Below, piece after piece: positions 16,656-26,354 of a stretch of DNA of 33,842 bases. Location: assembly GCA_016213555.1 (NCBI GenBank), contig JACRAC010000002.1:1-33842 (forward strand), in the 5' to 3' direction. Each line of letters starts with the position of its first letter. Position 1 is the stretch's first letter. Made by a program: the position numbers and the translations under genes. The notes beneath the pieces were generated by a model. It was not told where the DNA came from and searched no databases. It saw only the letters and a program-made list of their open reading frames with translations. The DNA comes from Candidatus Aenigmatarchaeota archaeon (lineage in GTDB: Archaea > Aenigmatarchaeota > Aenigmatarchaeia > GW2011-AR5 > JACRAC01).

Positions 16656-17682
16656 CTACTGTACTATGATGTTCTAATCTAAATCCCCATGTTGTTATTT
16701 CATATGATGTATTAGATTTAATTGCTTCATCAGATTTGACAAAACTTTTATTTTCTAAATGTCTTTCTTTACACATAGATTCACAAATTGTTTCTAATTC
16801 ACATTTAGACCTAGATAATCCCTTAGACTCACACCAATCAGTAACCTCACTCTCATAAATATATGGATCATAATAAGTATAGTATTCCTTAACCATATCG
16901 TCATAACAGTTTAATGAGTATAGATTATATCCATCAGATGTAGATTCTTTTTTAGTTGTTAGTGTATCCCCAGAAGGAGCAAAAGGTTCTTTCTTTATTA
17001 GAATTGGTTTTTCTTGTATTTCAGGAAATATAATTGGTTTGAATGTTATATTAATGTAGTTTGGAGAGGATTTATTATAATTATACACCAAGGCAATTCT
17101 CAATACTAATTTATTTGAATCGCTACATCTTATCTTCATGTCAGATGTATAGCTTGTGCCACCGCCTGTAAAAGTAACTGTCCTTCCTGAAGGTATATCT
17201 TTATCAGCATAATCTCTAAGTAAATAATCTGGATTTAATGTACAGTTTCCAAATGAGTAATGTAACCCAGACATACAATAACTACAACTTCCATAAGACC
17301 CTCCTATATAGTAAAGTGTAGAATTTCTTTCATTAGTTATATAAAATTCAAAATAACTTGTTTTCCATCCTTTCCATGGGTTATCTTTATCAATAAGAGA
17401 AAAGCTATTCTGTACTAATGTAACATTTAATCCATCTTGTAAAATAGACTGAGAATATATGGTAAGATCATTATTAGCTGCTTGTTCTGTTAAAGAATCT
17501 GATTTTTGTCCAGTTTCTATATTAGATTTCTCTACTTTATTTGTTTCAGAAGAAACAGATGTATCTTTTGTTTTGGTATCAATATTCGAAGTGTTCTTTT
17601 CATTCTGCCCTATACATCCACTAACAACTACTACTGTAGCTAAAAGAATAATTATTGAAATACTTTTCCACTTTCCATACAT
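16621..17682 (-). CDS. Secreted or lipid-anchored Cys-containing surface protein
   Basis: Signal peptide with VVSGC lipobox-like motif, Ser/Thr/Lys linker, beta-rich domain and a Cys-rich C-terminus. Confidence 0.75.
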   Translation of the reverse strand: MYGKWKSISIIILLATVVVVSGCIGQNEKNTSNIDTKTKDTSVSSETNKVEKSNIETGQKSDSLTEQAANNDLTIYSQSILQDGLNVTLVQNSFSLIDKDNPWKGWKTSYFEFYITNERNSTLYYIGGSYGSCSYCMSGLHYSFGNCTLNPDYLLRDYADKDIPSGRTVTFTGGGTSYTSDMKIRCSDSNKLVLRIALVYNYNKSSPNYINITFKPIIFPEIQEKPILIKKEPFAPSGDTLTTKKESTSDGYNLYSLNCYDDMVKEYYTYYDPYIYESEVTDWCESKGLSRSKCELETICESMCKERHLENKSFVKSDEAIKSNTSYEITTWGFRLEHHSTVDGADTCYCYRC

Positions 17683-17683
17683 A

Positions 17684-17831
17684 TGCTCTGTGCGGGATTT
17701 GAACCCACGTCACAGCCTATCTTTATATCACTGCCATTCAAATGAATGACTCTAACCTTTCGGTATTCGAAAGGGCCGTATCCTTTTCCGTAAACTTTTG
17801 AAAAGTCTTGACCGGACTAGACGAACAGAGC
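17684..17831 (-). tRNA. tRNA-Glu(TTC) with two introns (17786-17809 in the D-loop; 17719-17767 at 37/38)
   Basis: Spliced product GCTCTGTTCGTCTAGTCCGGTCAAGGATACGGCCCTTTCGAGGCTGTGACGTGGGTTCAAATCCCGCACAGAGCA. The canonical intron has a CTTT/AAAG BHB helix. Confidence 0.9.
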
Positions 17832-17847
17832 TTATTAGTAATACAAT

Positions 17848-17933
17848 AGAAGACATTACTATTTAGAACATATTAATGTCTTCTGTGTATAGTATTTGAC
17901 ATAATAATATTCATAGTTATGTCAAATACTATA
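17848..17933 (-). repeat. Double-palindrome element, copy A
   Basis: Perfect IRs AGAAGACATTA-N15-TAATGTCTTCT (17848-17884) and TATAGTATTTGACATAA-N12-TTATGTCAAATACTATA (17888-17933). Confidence 0.85.
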
Positions 17934-17972
17934 GAATAAAGAAAACTTTAAAAGTAGAATTTTTCCAAGCTA

Positions 17973-18506
17973 TTAGACTATCAGAGCTAGCAGTCCTATG
18001 ACATTTAGGAGATAGATGAATGCCAGACTGAAGATGAAGTTTATGAACATGAATACTGCACCAAATCCGCCGGATATAACTGCCTGTACTATTGCAGCTG
18101 TTATTTGCTTGAATAAAAGAGCTATGATCACTGCTATTAAGAATCCGAACTGAGCTGGGAGAAATCCTATCATTGCTGAGGCTATAGCAATTGCTACAAA
18201 GTTAATATTTGGATAGATTGGTATTACATCTTTTGCTGATAGACTTGACAAAATTGTTATCAAAAGAGGCATTAACAGAAGAGAATAGAAAAACCCAAAT
18301 ATAGGGCCTAGTGCTATACCTGCTATAAGACCTGAAAGCGTAACCAGCTCAAATCCTATTGTTCTTATTGTAAGAATATAGTTTGCAATTATCATTGCAT
18401 CTATCCAGAGCAGCAAGTAAACTAAAAATATCAATGGATTAATTAAATATGCTAGTAGTGATCCAACTATTAATGTTAATGCGTAAACTGTTAGTTTGTA
18501 ACTCAT
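17973..18506 (-). CDS. Polytopic membrane protein of unknown function
   Basis: About six hydrophobic helices; G...GP..G pattern loosely like ECF S-components. Confidence 0.65.
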   Translation of the reverse strand: MSYKLTVYALTLIVGSLLAYLINPLIFLVYLLLWIDAMIIANYILTIRTIGFELVTLSGLIAGIALGPIFGFFYSLLLMPLLITILSSLSAKDVIPIYPNINFVAIAIASAMIGFLPAQFGFLIAVIIALLFKQITAAIVQAVISGGFGAVFMFINFIFSLAFIYLLNVIGLLALIV

Positions 18507-18554
18507 ATCTTTTCCTCAATAAAATAAACAAATAGCTAGTTATAACTAGTCATT

Positions 18555-18773
18555 TTAATATGGTCTTTCTTTTACTTTTAGATGTTCTTTTTCACCACAT
18601 CCAGGACACTTACAATCGCTAAGAGAGACACTGACATCTGCTTTGCATTTTTTACAATGACAAGGCACTTCTGTAAAAGATCTTAGGAACTTAGGTAGCT
18701 TTATGCTTTTATTGTCTTTTCTCTCTTTTTTTTGTTTACTTGGGGTTTCTTCGCCACCTTTCATAAGTATCAA
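18555..18773 (-). CDS. Small zinc-ribbon protein
   Basis: CKKC...CPGCG motif with a basic N-terminus. Confidence 0.6.
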   Translation of the reverse strand: MILMKGGEETPSKQKKERKDNKSIKLPKFLRSFTEVPCHCKKCKADVSVSLSDCKCPGCGEKEHLKVKERPY

Positions 18774-18842
18774 TTATAGAATCTTTTCAAAGGATTAAAG
18801 CCTAAATTACGAGTTTTAATGCATTAAGAGGTTAGATATGTT

Positions 18843-19028
18843 ATGTCATCAAGATCAAGCGGAACAAAGGCAAGAAACGAAAAACAACAGAAAAGAAAAC
18901 CTGAATGGAATAGAGGATATATACAAAACACCCCTATTACAAATGCTGAAGTTTCTTGCAAACATTGTTCTTTCAAAGCAAGATATCAGTTTGTTCGATG
19001 TCCTGAATGTGGTAAAACTCAAGAATAG
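18843..19028 (+). CDS. Small zinc-ribbon protein
   Basis: CKHC...RCPECG motif. Confidence 0.65.
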   Translation: MSSRSSGTKARNEKQQKRKPEWNRGYIQNTPITNAEVSCKHCSFKARYQFVRCPECGKTQE

Positions 19029-19035
19029 GGTTTCT

Positions 19036-19707
19036 CTATTTCATTGCTGATGATGACTTTCCGTTGAGGACATGATTTAATCTAGTATTTACTTCATCCC
19101 AGTTTATATTTTCTATAAATGTTTTAATGTACGATGCCTTATCTGTTCCGTAGTCTATCATGTAAGCATGTTCCCAGCAATCTAGAGCAAGTATAACATC
19201 TTGAGCAATTGCAGGAACATTTATGCTGTGTTCATGAATTACCCAATTTTTTAGCTTGTTAGAAATTCTATCGTAAGTAAGAAGAACCCATCCAGGAGTT
19301 GATGCTCCATCTGCCTTTGTCTCTATCTTCCATTTGTCTAAAGATCCGAAAGACTGCTTTACAAGCGATTTTAATTGATCATCAGGCTCTCCAATGTTTT
19401 CTATGTTTTCAAAATAAGCTTTATGTAGATAACTTCCATTAAATGCAACTATTTCTCGTCTTTTTAATTCACTCCAGAGTCCAAAACTAAAGTTTGCGTT
19501 TTTTTGAAGAATTTCAGGATCTTTGTCTAGCTGAGTCCTCATTTCTGATAATTTTTGTTGGATCTCATTAAGTTTTTTAACATAACCATCATAAAGACCT
19601 AAATGAGCTTTTATCTGCTTAGAACTAAGTCCTTTTATAGCATTTTCTTCTAGAAGATTTGTAAAGTCTTTTGTTAAATGCTGCATATTAATAACGTACA
19701 TTAACAA
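19036..19707 (-). CDS. Fe/Mn superoxide dismutase family protein (short ChrC-like type; likely start 19686)
   Basis: H..LY.GYV..LN, LH..YFEN, GW, and LALDCWEHAY..DYG; all four metal ligands are present. Confidence 0.9.
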   Translation of the reverse strand: MLMYVINMQHLTKDFTNLLEENAIKGLSSKQIKAHLGLYDGYVKKLNEIQQKLSEMRTQLDKDPEILQKNANFSFGLWSELKRREIVAFNGSYLHKAYFENIENIGEPDDQLKSLVKQSFGSLDKWKIETKADGASTPGWVLLTYDRISNKLKNWVIHEHSINVPAIAQDVILALDCWEHAYMIDYGTDKASYIKTFIENINWDEVNTRLNHVLNGKSSSAMK

Positions 19708-19744
19708 TATTTAAAATATCTTAAAATGACATTAACGTATTCAA

Positions 19745-20452
19745 ATGTCTTCACTTTGTGGTCTTATGTTGAATAAATTTTTGAAAGATCTTCAAGCTGT
19801 CTCAAATAAGGAAAAGGCCATTTCACTAAGAAAATATTTCAAGACAGGAAAAGGAGAATATGGAGAAGATGATGTATTTCTAGGCATAACTGTTCCTGAC
19901 CAAAGAAATATTTGTAAGAATTATACAGAGTTTTCCTTATTTGATATACAAAAACTTCTTGATAGCAAGGTACATGAGCATAGGTTATGTGCTCTTTTTG
20001 TCTTAATTCATAAATATAATAAAGTATCTGACCAAGAATCTATTATTAAATTTTATTTAAGAAATACTAAAAATATAAATAATTGGGATTTAGTTGATAC
20101 ATCTGCACCAAGTATTTTAGGAAAATGGCTTCTTGATAAGGATAGAAAAATTCTTTCCAAATTAGCAAGATCTAAAAGCCTATGGGAGAAGAGAATTTCT
20201 ATAATTTCTACTTATGAATTTATTAAAAACGGTCAGTTTAATGATACACTTTCTATAGCTGAGATTTTGTTAGATGATAAGCACGATTTGATACATAAGG
20301 CAGTTGGATGGATGTTAAGAGAAGTGGGTAAAAAAGATATTAAAGCTGAAGAAGTATTTTTGAAAAAACACTACAAAAATATGCCTAGAACTATGCTCAG
20401 GTATGCTATAGAAAAGTTTCCTATAGGTAAGAAAAAATACTATATGAATTAG
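19745..20452 (+). CDS. alkD: DNA alkylation repair protein (AlkD-like)
   Basis: YFKTGKGEYGE.D.FLG, NNWDLVD, HDLIHKAVGWMLRE and MPRTMLRYAIE motifs. Confidence 0.9.
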   Translation: MSSLCGLMLNKFLKDLQAVSNKEKAISLRKYFKTGKGEYGEDDVFLGITVPDQRNICKNYTEFSLFDIQKLLDSKVHEHRLCALFVLIHKYNKVSDQESIIKFYLRNTKNINNWDLVDTSAPSILGKWLLDKDRKILSKLARSKSLWEKRISIISTYEFIKNGQFNDTLSIAEILLDDKHDLIHKAVGWMLREVGKKDIKAEEVFLKKHYKNMPRTMLRYAIEKFPIGKKKYYMN

Positions 20453-20634
20453 GACTTTAGGATCTTGTTCTTGTCTTTTAGATACCTGAAAAACAATGCT
20501 ATTATCAATATTGCTACTATAATTGCTACAAAGGCTATAGGAAGTATTTTTGACACAAAATATCCTATAGTTATCAAAGCCATTGAAAATACTATTACTA
20601 TGAAAAAGCTTTTTCTTATAAATTGCATAAACAA
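20449..20634 (-). CDS. Small two-TM membrane protein
   Basis: Two hydrophobic helices and a basic tail; fills the gap between neighbouring genes. Confidence 0.5.
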   Translation of the reverse strand: MFMQFIRKSFFIVIVFSMALITIGYFVSKILPIAFVAIIVAILIIALFFRYLKDKNKILKS

Positions 20635-20678
20635 ATTTGTAGATTTAGATATTTAATACAAGAAAACAAAATATTTGT

Positions 20679-21353
20679 ATGAAACAAAAATACAAAATAA
20701 AGGCAATAATATTAGATATGGATAATACTCTATTAGATTTCTTTGGATATAAAATTAAAGCTACAAAAGCTGCTTTAAGGGCTATGCAAAAAGCAGGACT
20801 TAAAATAGACAGTAAAAAAGGCTATGGAATACTTTTTTCAATGTACTACAAATATGGATTTGAGAGCAGACAGATCTTTCAAAAATTCTTGGAAGAGGTA
20901 ACTGGTAAAGTAGATTATAGGTTGATGGCTGCAGCAATGATTGAGTATAGAAAAGCTAGAGATCTTGCATTGATACCTTATCCTGGTATAAAACCTACAT
21001 TAAGAAAACTTAGGAAGAAGGGAATCAAAGTTATTATAGTTTCTGATGCATTGAACCTGAAAGCATGGCTACGGTTGTATACAGCAAGACTTGAGAATGA
21101 GTTTGACGTTGTTATTACAAGTGATATGGCTGGGGGATTTAAGTCAAGTGGAAAGCCATTTAAGATGGCTGTTAAAAAGCTGAAATTAAAACCAAATCAA
21201 ATACTAATGGTAGGAGATTCTCAATCAAGAGATATTATTCCAGCAAAAAAATTCGGATTTAATACATGTATTGCAATGTATGGAAGGAAACACAGACCAG
21301 AAATGGATGTTCAATGTCTGAATAAATTCAGTGATATTCTTAAGTATGTTTAA
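20679..21353 (+). CDS. HAD-superfamily hydrolase
   Basis: LDMDNTL, VSD, K and MVGDS..RDI motifs. Confidence 0.92.
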   Translation: MKQKYKIKAIILDMDNTLLDFFGYKIKATKAALRAMQKAGLKIDSKKGYGILFSMYYKYGFESRQIFQKFLEEVTGKVDYRLMAAAMIEYRKARDLALIPYPGIKPTLRKLRKKGIKVIIVSDALNLKAWLRLYTARLENEFDVVITSDMAGGFKSSGKPFKMAVKKLKLKPNQILMVGDSQSRDIIPAKKFGFNTCIAMYGRKHRPEMDVQCLNKFSDILKYV

Positions 21354-21430
21354 ACTCTTGATAAGTTTTTAAATGTTTATTTTTTACTGTAAATAAATAG
21401 CTTTAATCCTTTTTGGTTTAATGGTTTCTT

Positions 21431-23416
21431 ATGCATGATGATGTCCAAGCACTGGTTAATGAAGAAATAAAGGAAAAAATTCAAGATGTTTTAGATAATA
21501 AAAAAGATCCTGTTGAGAGATGGGAATATTTCAAACAAATAGCTATTGGTAATAAACTATCTTTTGAAGTACATGAGGCTTTGTATAAACTTGCTTATTT
21601 AGACTGGAATAGTGATATACCAAAGCCTGTATGGATTCCTACAAAAGAACAGATAGAAAATAGTAATATAGGAAAGTTGATGAAATCTCTTAATTATACT
21701 GATTATAAAAAATTCCATAAATGGGCTTCTGATAATAGAGAAGAGTTTTGGAAAACAATGATTGAAAAACTAGGAATAGTTTTCTCACATTCGTATTCTA
21801 AAATAATGGATGGAACTGTTCAGGAGCCTTTATGGCTAAAAGATGCAAAGATGAATATTGTTGATAGTTGTTTCAAAGCTGATAAAGATAAAATAGCTGT
21901 GATTTATAAAAAAAATAGACTGATTAAAAAGGTTAGCTATGACCAACTTGAAAAACTTGTTAATAGAATTGCAAATTCTTTGATCAATATTGGGATGGAA
22001 AAAGGAGATAATATTGCAATAGATATGCCAATGACGTATGAGTCTGTTGCAATATACCTAGGCATAATAAAAGCTGGTATGAGTGTTGTATGTATAGCAG
22101 ACAGCTTTGCTATTGATGAAATTTCTACAAGGGTAAGGATAGGAAATGCTAAACTAATCTTTACACAAGATTTCAATGTTCTTAGAGATAAGCAAATTGA
22201 TATTTATGAAAAGGTTAAATTATCAGAATCTCCAAGAGCTGTGGTGTTATTTTTTGATAAGGAAGAAAATAGAACACTCAGAGAAAATGATTTAAGTTGG
22301 AATGATTTTCTTGTTTCTAATGATGAATTTGAATCTGTTAAAATGAATCCATATGATAATTCAACTATACTATTTTCTTCTGGAACAACAGGAGATCCAA
22401 AAGCTATTCCTTGGACACATTCAACTCCTATAAAATGTGCTTCAGATGGTTATCTTCATATAAACATTACAGAAAATACAGTGGCTTCATGGCCTACAAA
22501 TCTTGGATGGATGATGGGACCTTGGTTGATTTATTCAACTCTTATAAATAACGCTACAATGGCTTTGTATCCTATTGCAGCTAGCGAGAGAGAGTTTTGC
22601 GAATTTATTCAAGACTCAAAGGTTACAATGTTAGGAGTTGTTCCAAGCTTGGTAAAGGCTTGGAGGCTTAATAAAGTAGCTGAAGGATTAGACTGGGATA
22701 ATATTCAACTATTTGCTTCTACAGGAGAGGCTTCAAATGAAAGTGACTATTTCTATTTGATGAGTCTTGTAGGATACAACCCTGTTATTGAATATTTGGG
22801 AGGTACTGAGATAGGAGGAGCTCATATAACAGGAACTGTTGTTCAGTATTCTTCACCAGCAACATTCTCAACTATTGCTTTAGGATTGGATGCAGTTATT
22901 CTTGATGAATATGGAGTGGAGATAAAGAAGGGAGAATTATTTATAAATCCACCTTCTATAGGTCTTTCTTCAACTTTGCTTAATAAAGATCATAAGAAAG
23001 TTTATTTTGATGGCTGTCCTAGAGGATTGAGAAGACATGGAGATGAAATAGAAAAGTTTTCAAATGGATATTTCAAAGCACATGGACGTGTTGATGACTC
23101 TATGAATCTCGGAGGTGTTAAGGTAAGTTCTGCTGATATAGAGAGATGTGTTATGAAACATCCTGATGTTATGGACGCAGCTTCCATAGGAATTTCTCCA
23201 AAAGATGGAGGGCCTAGCAATTTAGTAATTTATATTGTTTTGAAAAATAATTTTAAAACAAATCAATATATATTGAAGAAAGAATTGCAGGGTTTAATTA
23301 AAGAAAAATTAAATCCTCTATTTAAGATATACGATATTGTGATTACAAATAGCTTGCCTAGAACAGCTTCCAATAAGGTAATGCGAAGAGTTCTAAGAGA
23401 TATGTATTCAAAATAA
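21431..23416 (+). CDS. AMP-forming acyl-CoA synthetase (resembles plant AAE17/18 type)
   Basis: FSSGTTGDPK, WPTNLGWMMGPW, STGE, GGTEIGG, GR.DD.MNLGG.K and LPRTASNKVMRR motifs. Confidence 0.9.
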   Translation: MHDDVQALVNEEIKEKIQDVLDNKKDPVERWEYFKQIAIGNKLSFEVHEALYKLAYLDWNSDIPKPVWIPTKEQIENSNIGKLMKSLNYTDYKKFHKWASDNREEFWKTMIEKLGIVFSHSYSKIMDGTVQEPLWLKDAKMNIVDSCFKADKDKIAVIYKKNRLIKKVSYDQLEKLVNRIANSLINIGMEKGDNIAIDMPMTYESVAIYLGIIKAGMSVVCIADSFAIDEISTRVRIGNAKLIFTQDFNVLRDKQIDIYEKVKLSESPRAVVLFFDKEENRTLRENDLSWNDFLVSNDEFESVKMNPYDNSTILFSSGTTGDPKAIPWTHSTPIKCASDGYLHINITENTVASWPTNLGWMMGPWLIYSTLINNATMALYPIAASEREFCEFIQDSKVTMLGVVPSLVKAWRLNKVAEGLDWDNIQLFASTGEASNESDYFYLMSLVGYNPVIEYLGGTEIGGAHITGTVVQYSSPATFSTIALGLDAVILDEYGVEIKKGELFINPPSIGLSSTLLNKDHKKVYFDGCPRGLRRHGDEIEKFSNGYFKAHGRVDDSMNLGGVKVSSADIERCVMKHPDVMDAASIGISPKDGGPSNLVIYIVLKNNFKTNQYILKKELQGLIKEKLNPLFKIYDIVITNSLPRTASNKVMRRVLRDMYSK

Positions 23417-23429
23417 CTTTATACAGTTT

Positions 23430-24398
23430 ATGTTTTGTGGGTTTATGATTGATAAGATGAGAAAAGAGTTTGAAGGGTTTCCAGATCAGATAGAAAGCTC
23501 TATCCATGCGGGAGATAATATTCTTGTAAGTGATATAAAAAAAATAATTGTTGCTGGTGTTGGAGGCAGTTCATGGCCTGGAAATATATTAGAGACATTA
23601 CTTCCTAATGTTGATATTTCTCTAAGTAGAGTGTATACTATTCCTGATTATTGTAATGAACATACACTTGTTTTTGTTATCTCGTATTCTGGAAACACAG
23701 AAGAGGCTATATATAGTTTGAATGATGCTCTAAGAAAGAAGTGTAAAGTTGTTTGTATATCTTCTGGTGGAAAATTGGAAGAGATTGCATTAAAAAACTC
23801 ACTTCCATATATAAAAATACAATCTGGGCTAGAACCTAGGAATTCAACTGGATATATAGTTGTTTCCATGTTGTCTGTTCTTATAAAAAATAATATAGCT
23901 AGTGATATTGATCTTATATCTGCTGTAAATGACATAAAAACCAATGATATAGAATCTATTGGTAAGACAATTGCATCAAAACTTGTAGGAAAGATACCTC
24001 TTATATATAGTTCTGAAAAACTTCTAATTCTTTCTTATGCATGGAAAATAAAGATTAATGAAAACAGTAAAATTCATGCATTCTATAATGTACTCCCAGA
24101 ACTTAATCATAATGAGATTACAGGTTACACACATCTCTTAGGAGATTTTTATACAATAATATTCTCTGACAGAGATGATCATGAGAGGATAAAGAAAAGA
24201 TATTCTATTACAAAACAAATTATAGAAGAGAAAGGTGGACAATGTGATATAATAGAGACTATTGGAAGTAATTTGTTTTCAAGAATCCTGTGTACTCTTC
24301 ATATAGGAGATTGGGTAAGCTATTATCTTGCAAAAGAATATGGATTTGATCCAAAACCAGTTGATATAATAGAAAATCTAAAGAAGAAGCTAGCTTAA
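23430..24398 (+). CDS. Bifunctional phosphoglucose/phosphomannose isomerase
   Basis: G.GGS, SYSGNTEE, SSGG.L, PR, INENSK and PELNHNE motifs. Confidence 0.92.
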   Translation: MFCGFMIDKMRKEFEGFPDQIESSIHAGDNILVSDIKKIIVAGVGGSSWPGNILETLLPNVDISLSRVYTIPDYCNEHTLVFVISYSGNTEEAIYSLNDALRKKCKVVCISSGGKLEEIALKNSLPYIKIQSGLEPRNSTGYIVVSMLSVLIKNNIASDIDLISAVNDIKTNDIESIGKTIASKLVGKIPLIYSSEKLLILSYAWKIKINENSKIHAFYNVLPELNHNEITGYTHLLGDFYTIIFSDRDDHERIKKRYSITKQIIEEKGGQCDIIETIGSNLFSRILCTLHIGDWVSYYLAKEYGFDPKPVDIIENLKKKLA

Positions 24399-24408
24399 CG
24401 TAAATAAA

Positions 24409-24834
24409 TTATTCTACGATGGTTAGAGTTCCCCAATGACCGTTTTGCCTGTGACCTGGCATACTACAGTAGTATACAAATTCTCCTGATTTGTCTGCAA
24501 TAAATTCTATTGTAGTTATTTGACCAGTAGGCGTTTGTTTATGTACATTTAATTCGTCTATATTAAAATCATGGGTTCCTTTTGTTGTATTCACATATAT
24601 TCTTACAAAATCCCCTTTATTTACAGTTATGTTTTTAACAGAGAATTGTGGATGAGGGTTACCATCTTCCATTGTATAAAAAGATTCTAAATGGAATTCT
24701 TTGACATTATTCTCATCAGCATGAGATGTATTACTAGGTTGTTGTGTTGCATTACCAGTTACAGCAAAATACCCTATTGATATAGCTGCTATAATTAAAC
24801 ACAATCCTACTATTAAAACAATTTTGTTATCCAT
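24409..24834 (-). CDS. Membrane-anchored cupredoxin
   Basis: N-terminal TM, HDF, and YYCSMPGH..NGH copper loop with His at the usual Met position. Confidence 0.85.
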   Translation of the reverse strand: MDNKIVLIVGLCLIIAAISIGYFAVTGNATQQPSNTSHADENNVKEFHLESFYTMEDGNPHPQFSVKNITVNKGDFVRIYVNTTKGTHDFNIDELNVHKQTPTGQITTIEFIADKSGEFVYYCSMPGHRQNGHWGTLTIVE

Positions 24835-24842
24835 ATTATCAA

Positions 24843-25226
24843 TTATTTCTTTGATGCTAGTGCGTAAATAGCTTTTATTGACAGAACTGCTGCTATTGGT
24901 GCTATGAGTATTGCTATAAGATCTATTACATTTTCTAACATTGTTCCTATCCTAGGAAATATGTTGTTTATAGGATCAAATGCTGTTCCTGAAACTACAA
25001 TAAGAGCTATAGCTGCTATTAAAAAAGGTATTATTTTTTCAGCAGATATTGATGTAAGACCTACTATTAATCCTATAGCTACTAGAATTACAAGCATCCA
25101 GGATATCCATGATACAGATGTTAGATTGCTCATAGAAAGTCCTAAAGCTCCAGTAAATATACCAGATATTATTGCTAATATTATTCCTATTATGAACAAA
25201 AATTTGCCAAAATCTCCTATTTTCAT
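24843..25226 (-). CDS. Small four-TM membrane protein
   Basis: G...FIIG..LA, GL.VG...I...E...FLIAAIAL and P.A...SIK pattern. Confidence 0.7.
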   Translation of the reverse strand: MKIGDFGKFLFIIGIILAIISGIFTGALGLSMSNLTSVSWISWMLVILVAIGLIVGLTSISAEKIIPFLIAAIALIVVSGTAFDPINNIFPRIGTMLENVIDLIAILIAPIAAVLSIKAIYALASKK

Positions 25227-25332
25227 AAATTTACCACATAAAGATTACTTGTATATAAGATATAAATATTTTTCTTTTTAACCTTATATAGGACATCATA
25301 TATTTAAATATATTCTCAACAAAATTATTATT

Positions 25333-26318
25333 ATGAGTAATTCTATACATGTTGAAAAATTAACAAAGAAATATGGAGAATTTACAGCGGTTGATTCTAT
25401 TGACCTTAGCATAAAACAAGGAGAGCTTTTTGGATTGTTAGACCAAATGGAGCAGGCAAATCAACTGCTATCAGCATGTTGGCTACTATACTTAGTCCAA
25501 CTAGTGGAGGTGCTAAATTAAATGGGTTTAGTTTAGATGACAGTGAGAACGTAAGAAGGAGCATTGGAATTGTATTTCAAGATCCTAGTCTTGATGATGA
25601 GTTGACTGCAAAGGAGAATTTGGAGTTTCATGCAAGAGTTTATCATTTATCAGAACAGGAAAAAAATAAAAGAATTCCAGAAGTTTTGGAGATTGTAGGT
25701 CTTAATGAAAAAGCAGATTTGCAGATAAAAACCTTTTCTGGAGGGATGAAAAGAAGATTGGAGATAGCTAGAGGACTATTGCATTATCCAAAAATTTTAT
25801 TCTTAGATGAGCCTACAATTGGATTAGATCCTCAGACAAGAAGAACTATTTGGGAACATATAGAGAATCTAAATAAACAACAAGGAATTACTGTTGTTCT
25901 GACAACCCATTACATGGATGAAGCTGATTATCTTTGTGATAGAATTGCAATAATAGATAAAGGTAAAATTATCGCACTGGATACTCCAGAGAATTTGAAA
26001 AATGTAATGGGAGGAGATATTGTAATAATTGATACAGATGATAAAGAAAAATTTCAAAAAGTTCTAAAATTTGACTGGATTAAAGAAATCAAGGAATTTG
26101 AAGGAAAGCTGAATATTACTGTGCTAAATGGAGAGAAAGCTATTCCTAAGTTACTTGACCTATCTATCAAGCATAAAATAAAAATAAATTCTGTTAATCT
26201 GAAGAAGCCTACATTGGAAGACGTTTTCATTCATTATACAGGAAGAGCTATAAGAGATGAAACATCAAGTTCAAAAGATCTTTTAAGATCTCAGGCAAGT
26301 GCTATGTGGAGAAGATGA
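25333..26318 (+). pseudogene. DrrA-type ABC ATPase with a one-base frameshift at about 25441
   Basis: Adding one G (TTA G[G]A CCA AAT GGA GCA GGC AAA TCA ACT) restores GLLGPNGAGKST and joins the two ORFs. FSGGM, LDEPT and TTH motifs follow. Confidence 0.9.
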
Positions 26319-26354
26319 CTACCAAAAAAGAAAATCTAAGTTAAGTGATATAAT

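Noticed and set aside
15881-17933. CRISPR array or canonical integron interpretation of the palindromes
   Set aside because: No regularly spaced direct repeats with unique spacers and no cas or intI gene. The copies are inverted and do not follow each gene as attC sites would.
18838-19050. 70-aa ORF overlapping 18843-19028
   Set aside because: The alternative frame has a coherent CxxC...CxxC ribbon and does not overlap the SOD gene.
25430-25480. Programmed ribosomal frameshift in the ABC ATPase
   Set aside because: No slippery heptamer or stimulatory structure at the shift site.
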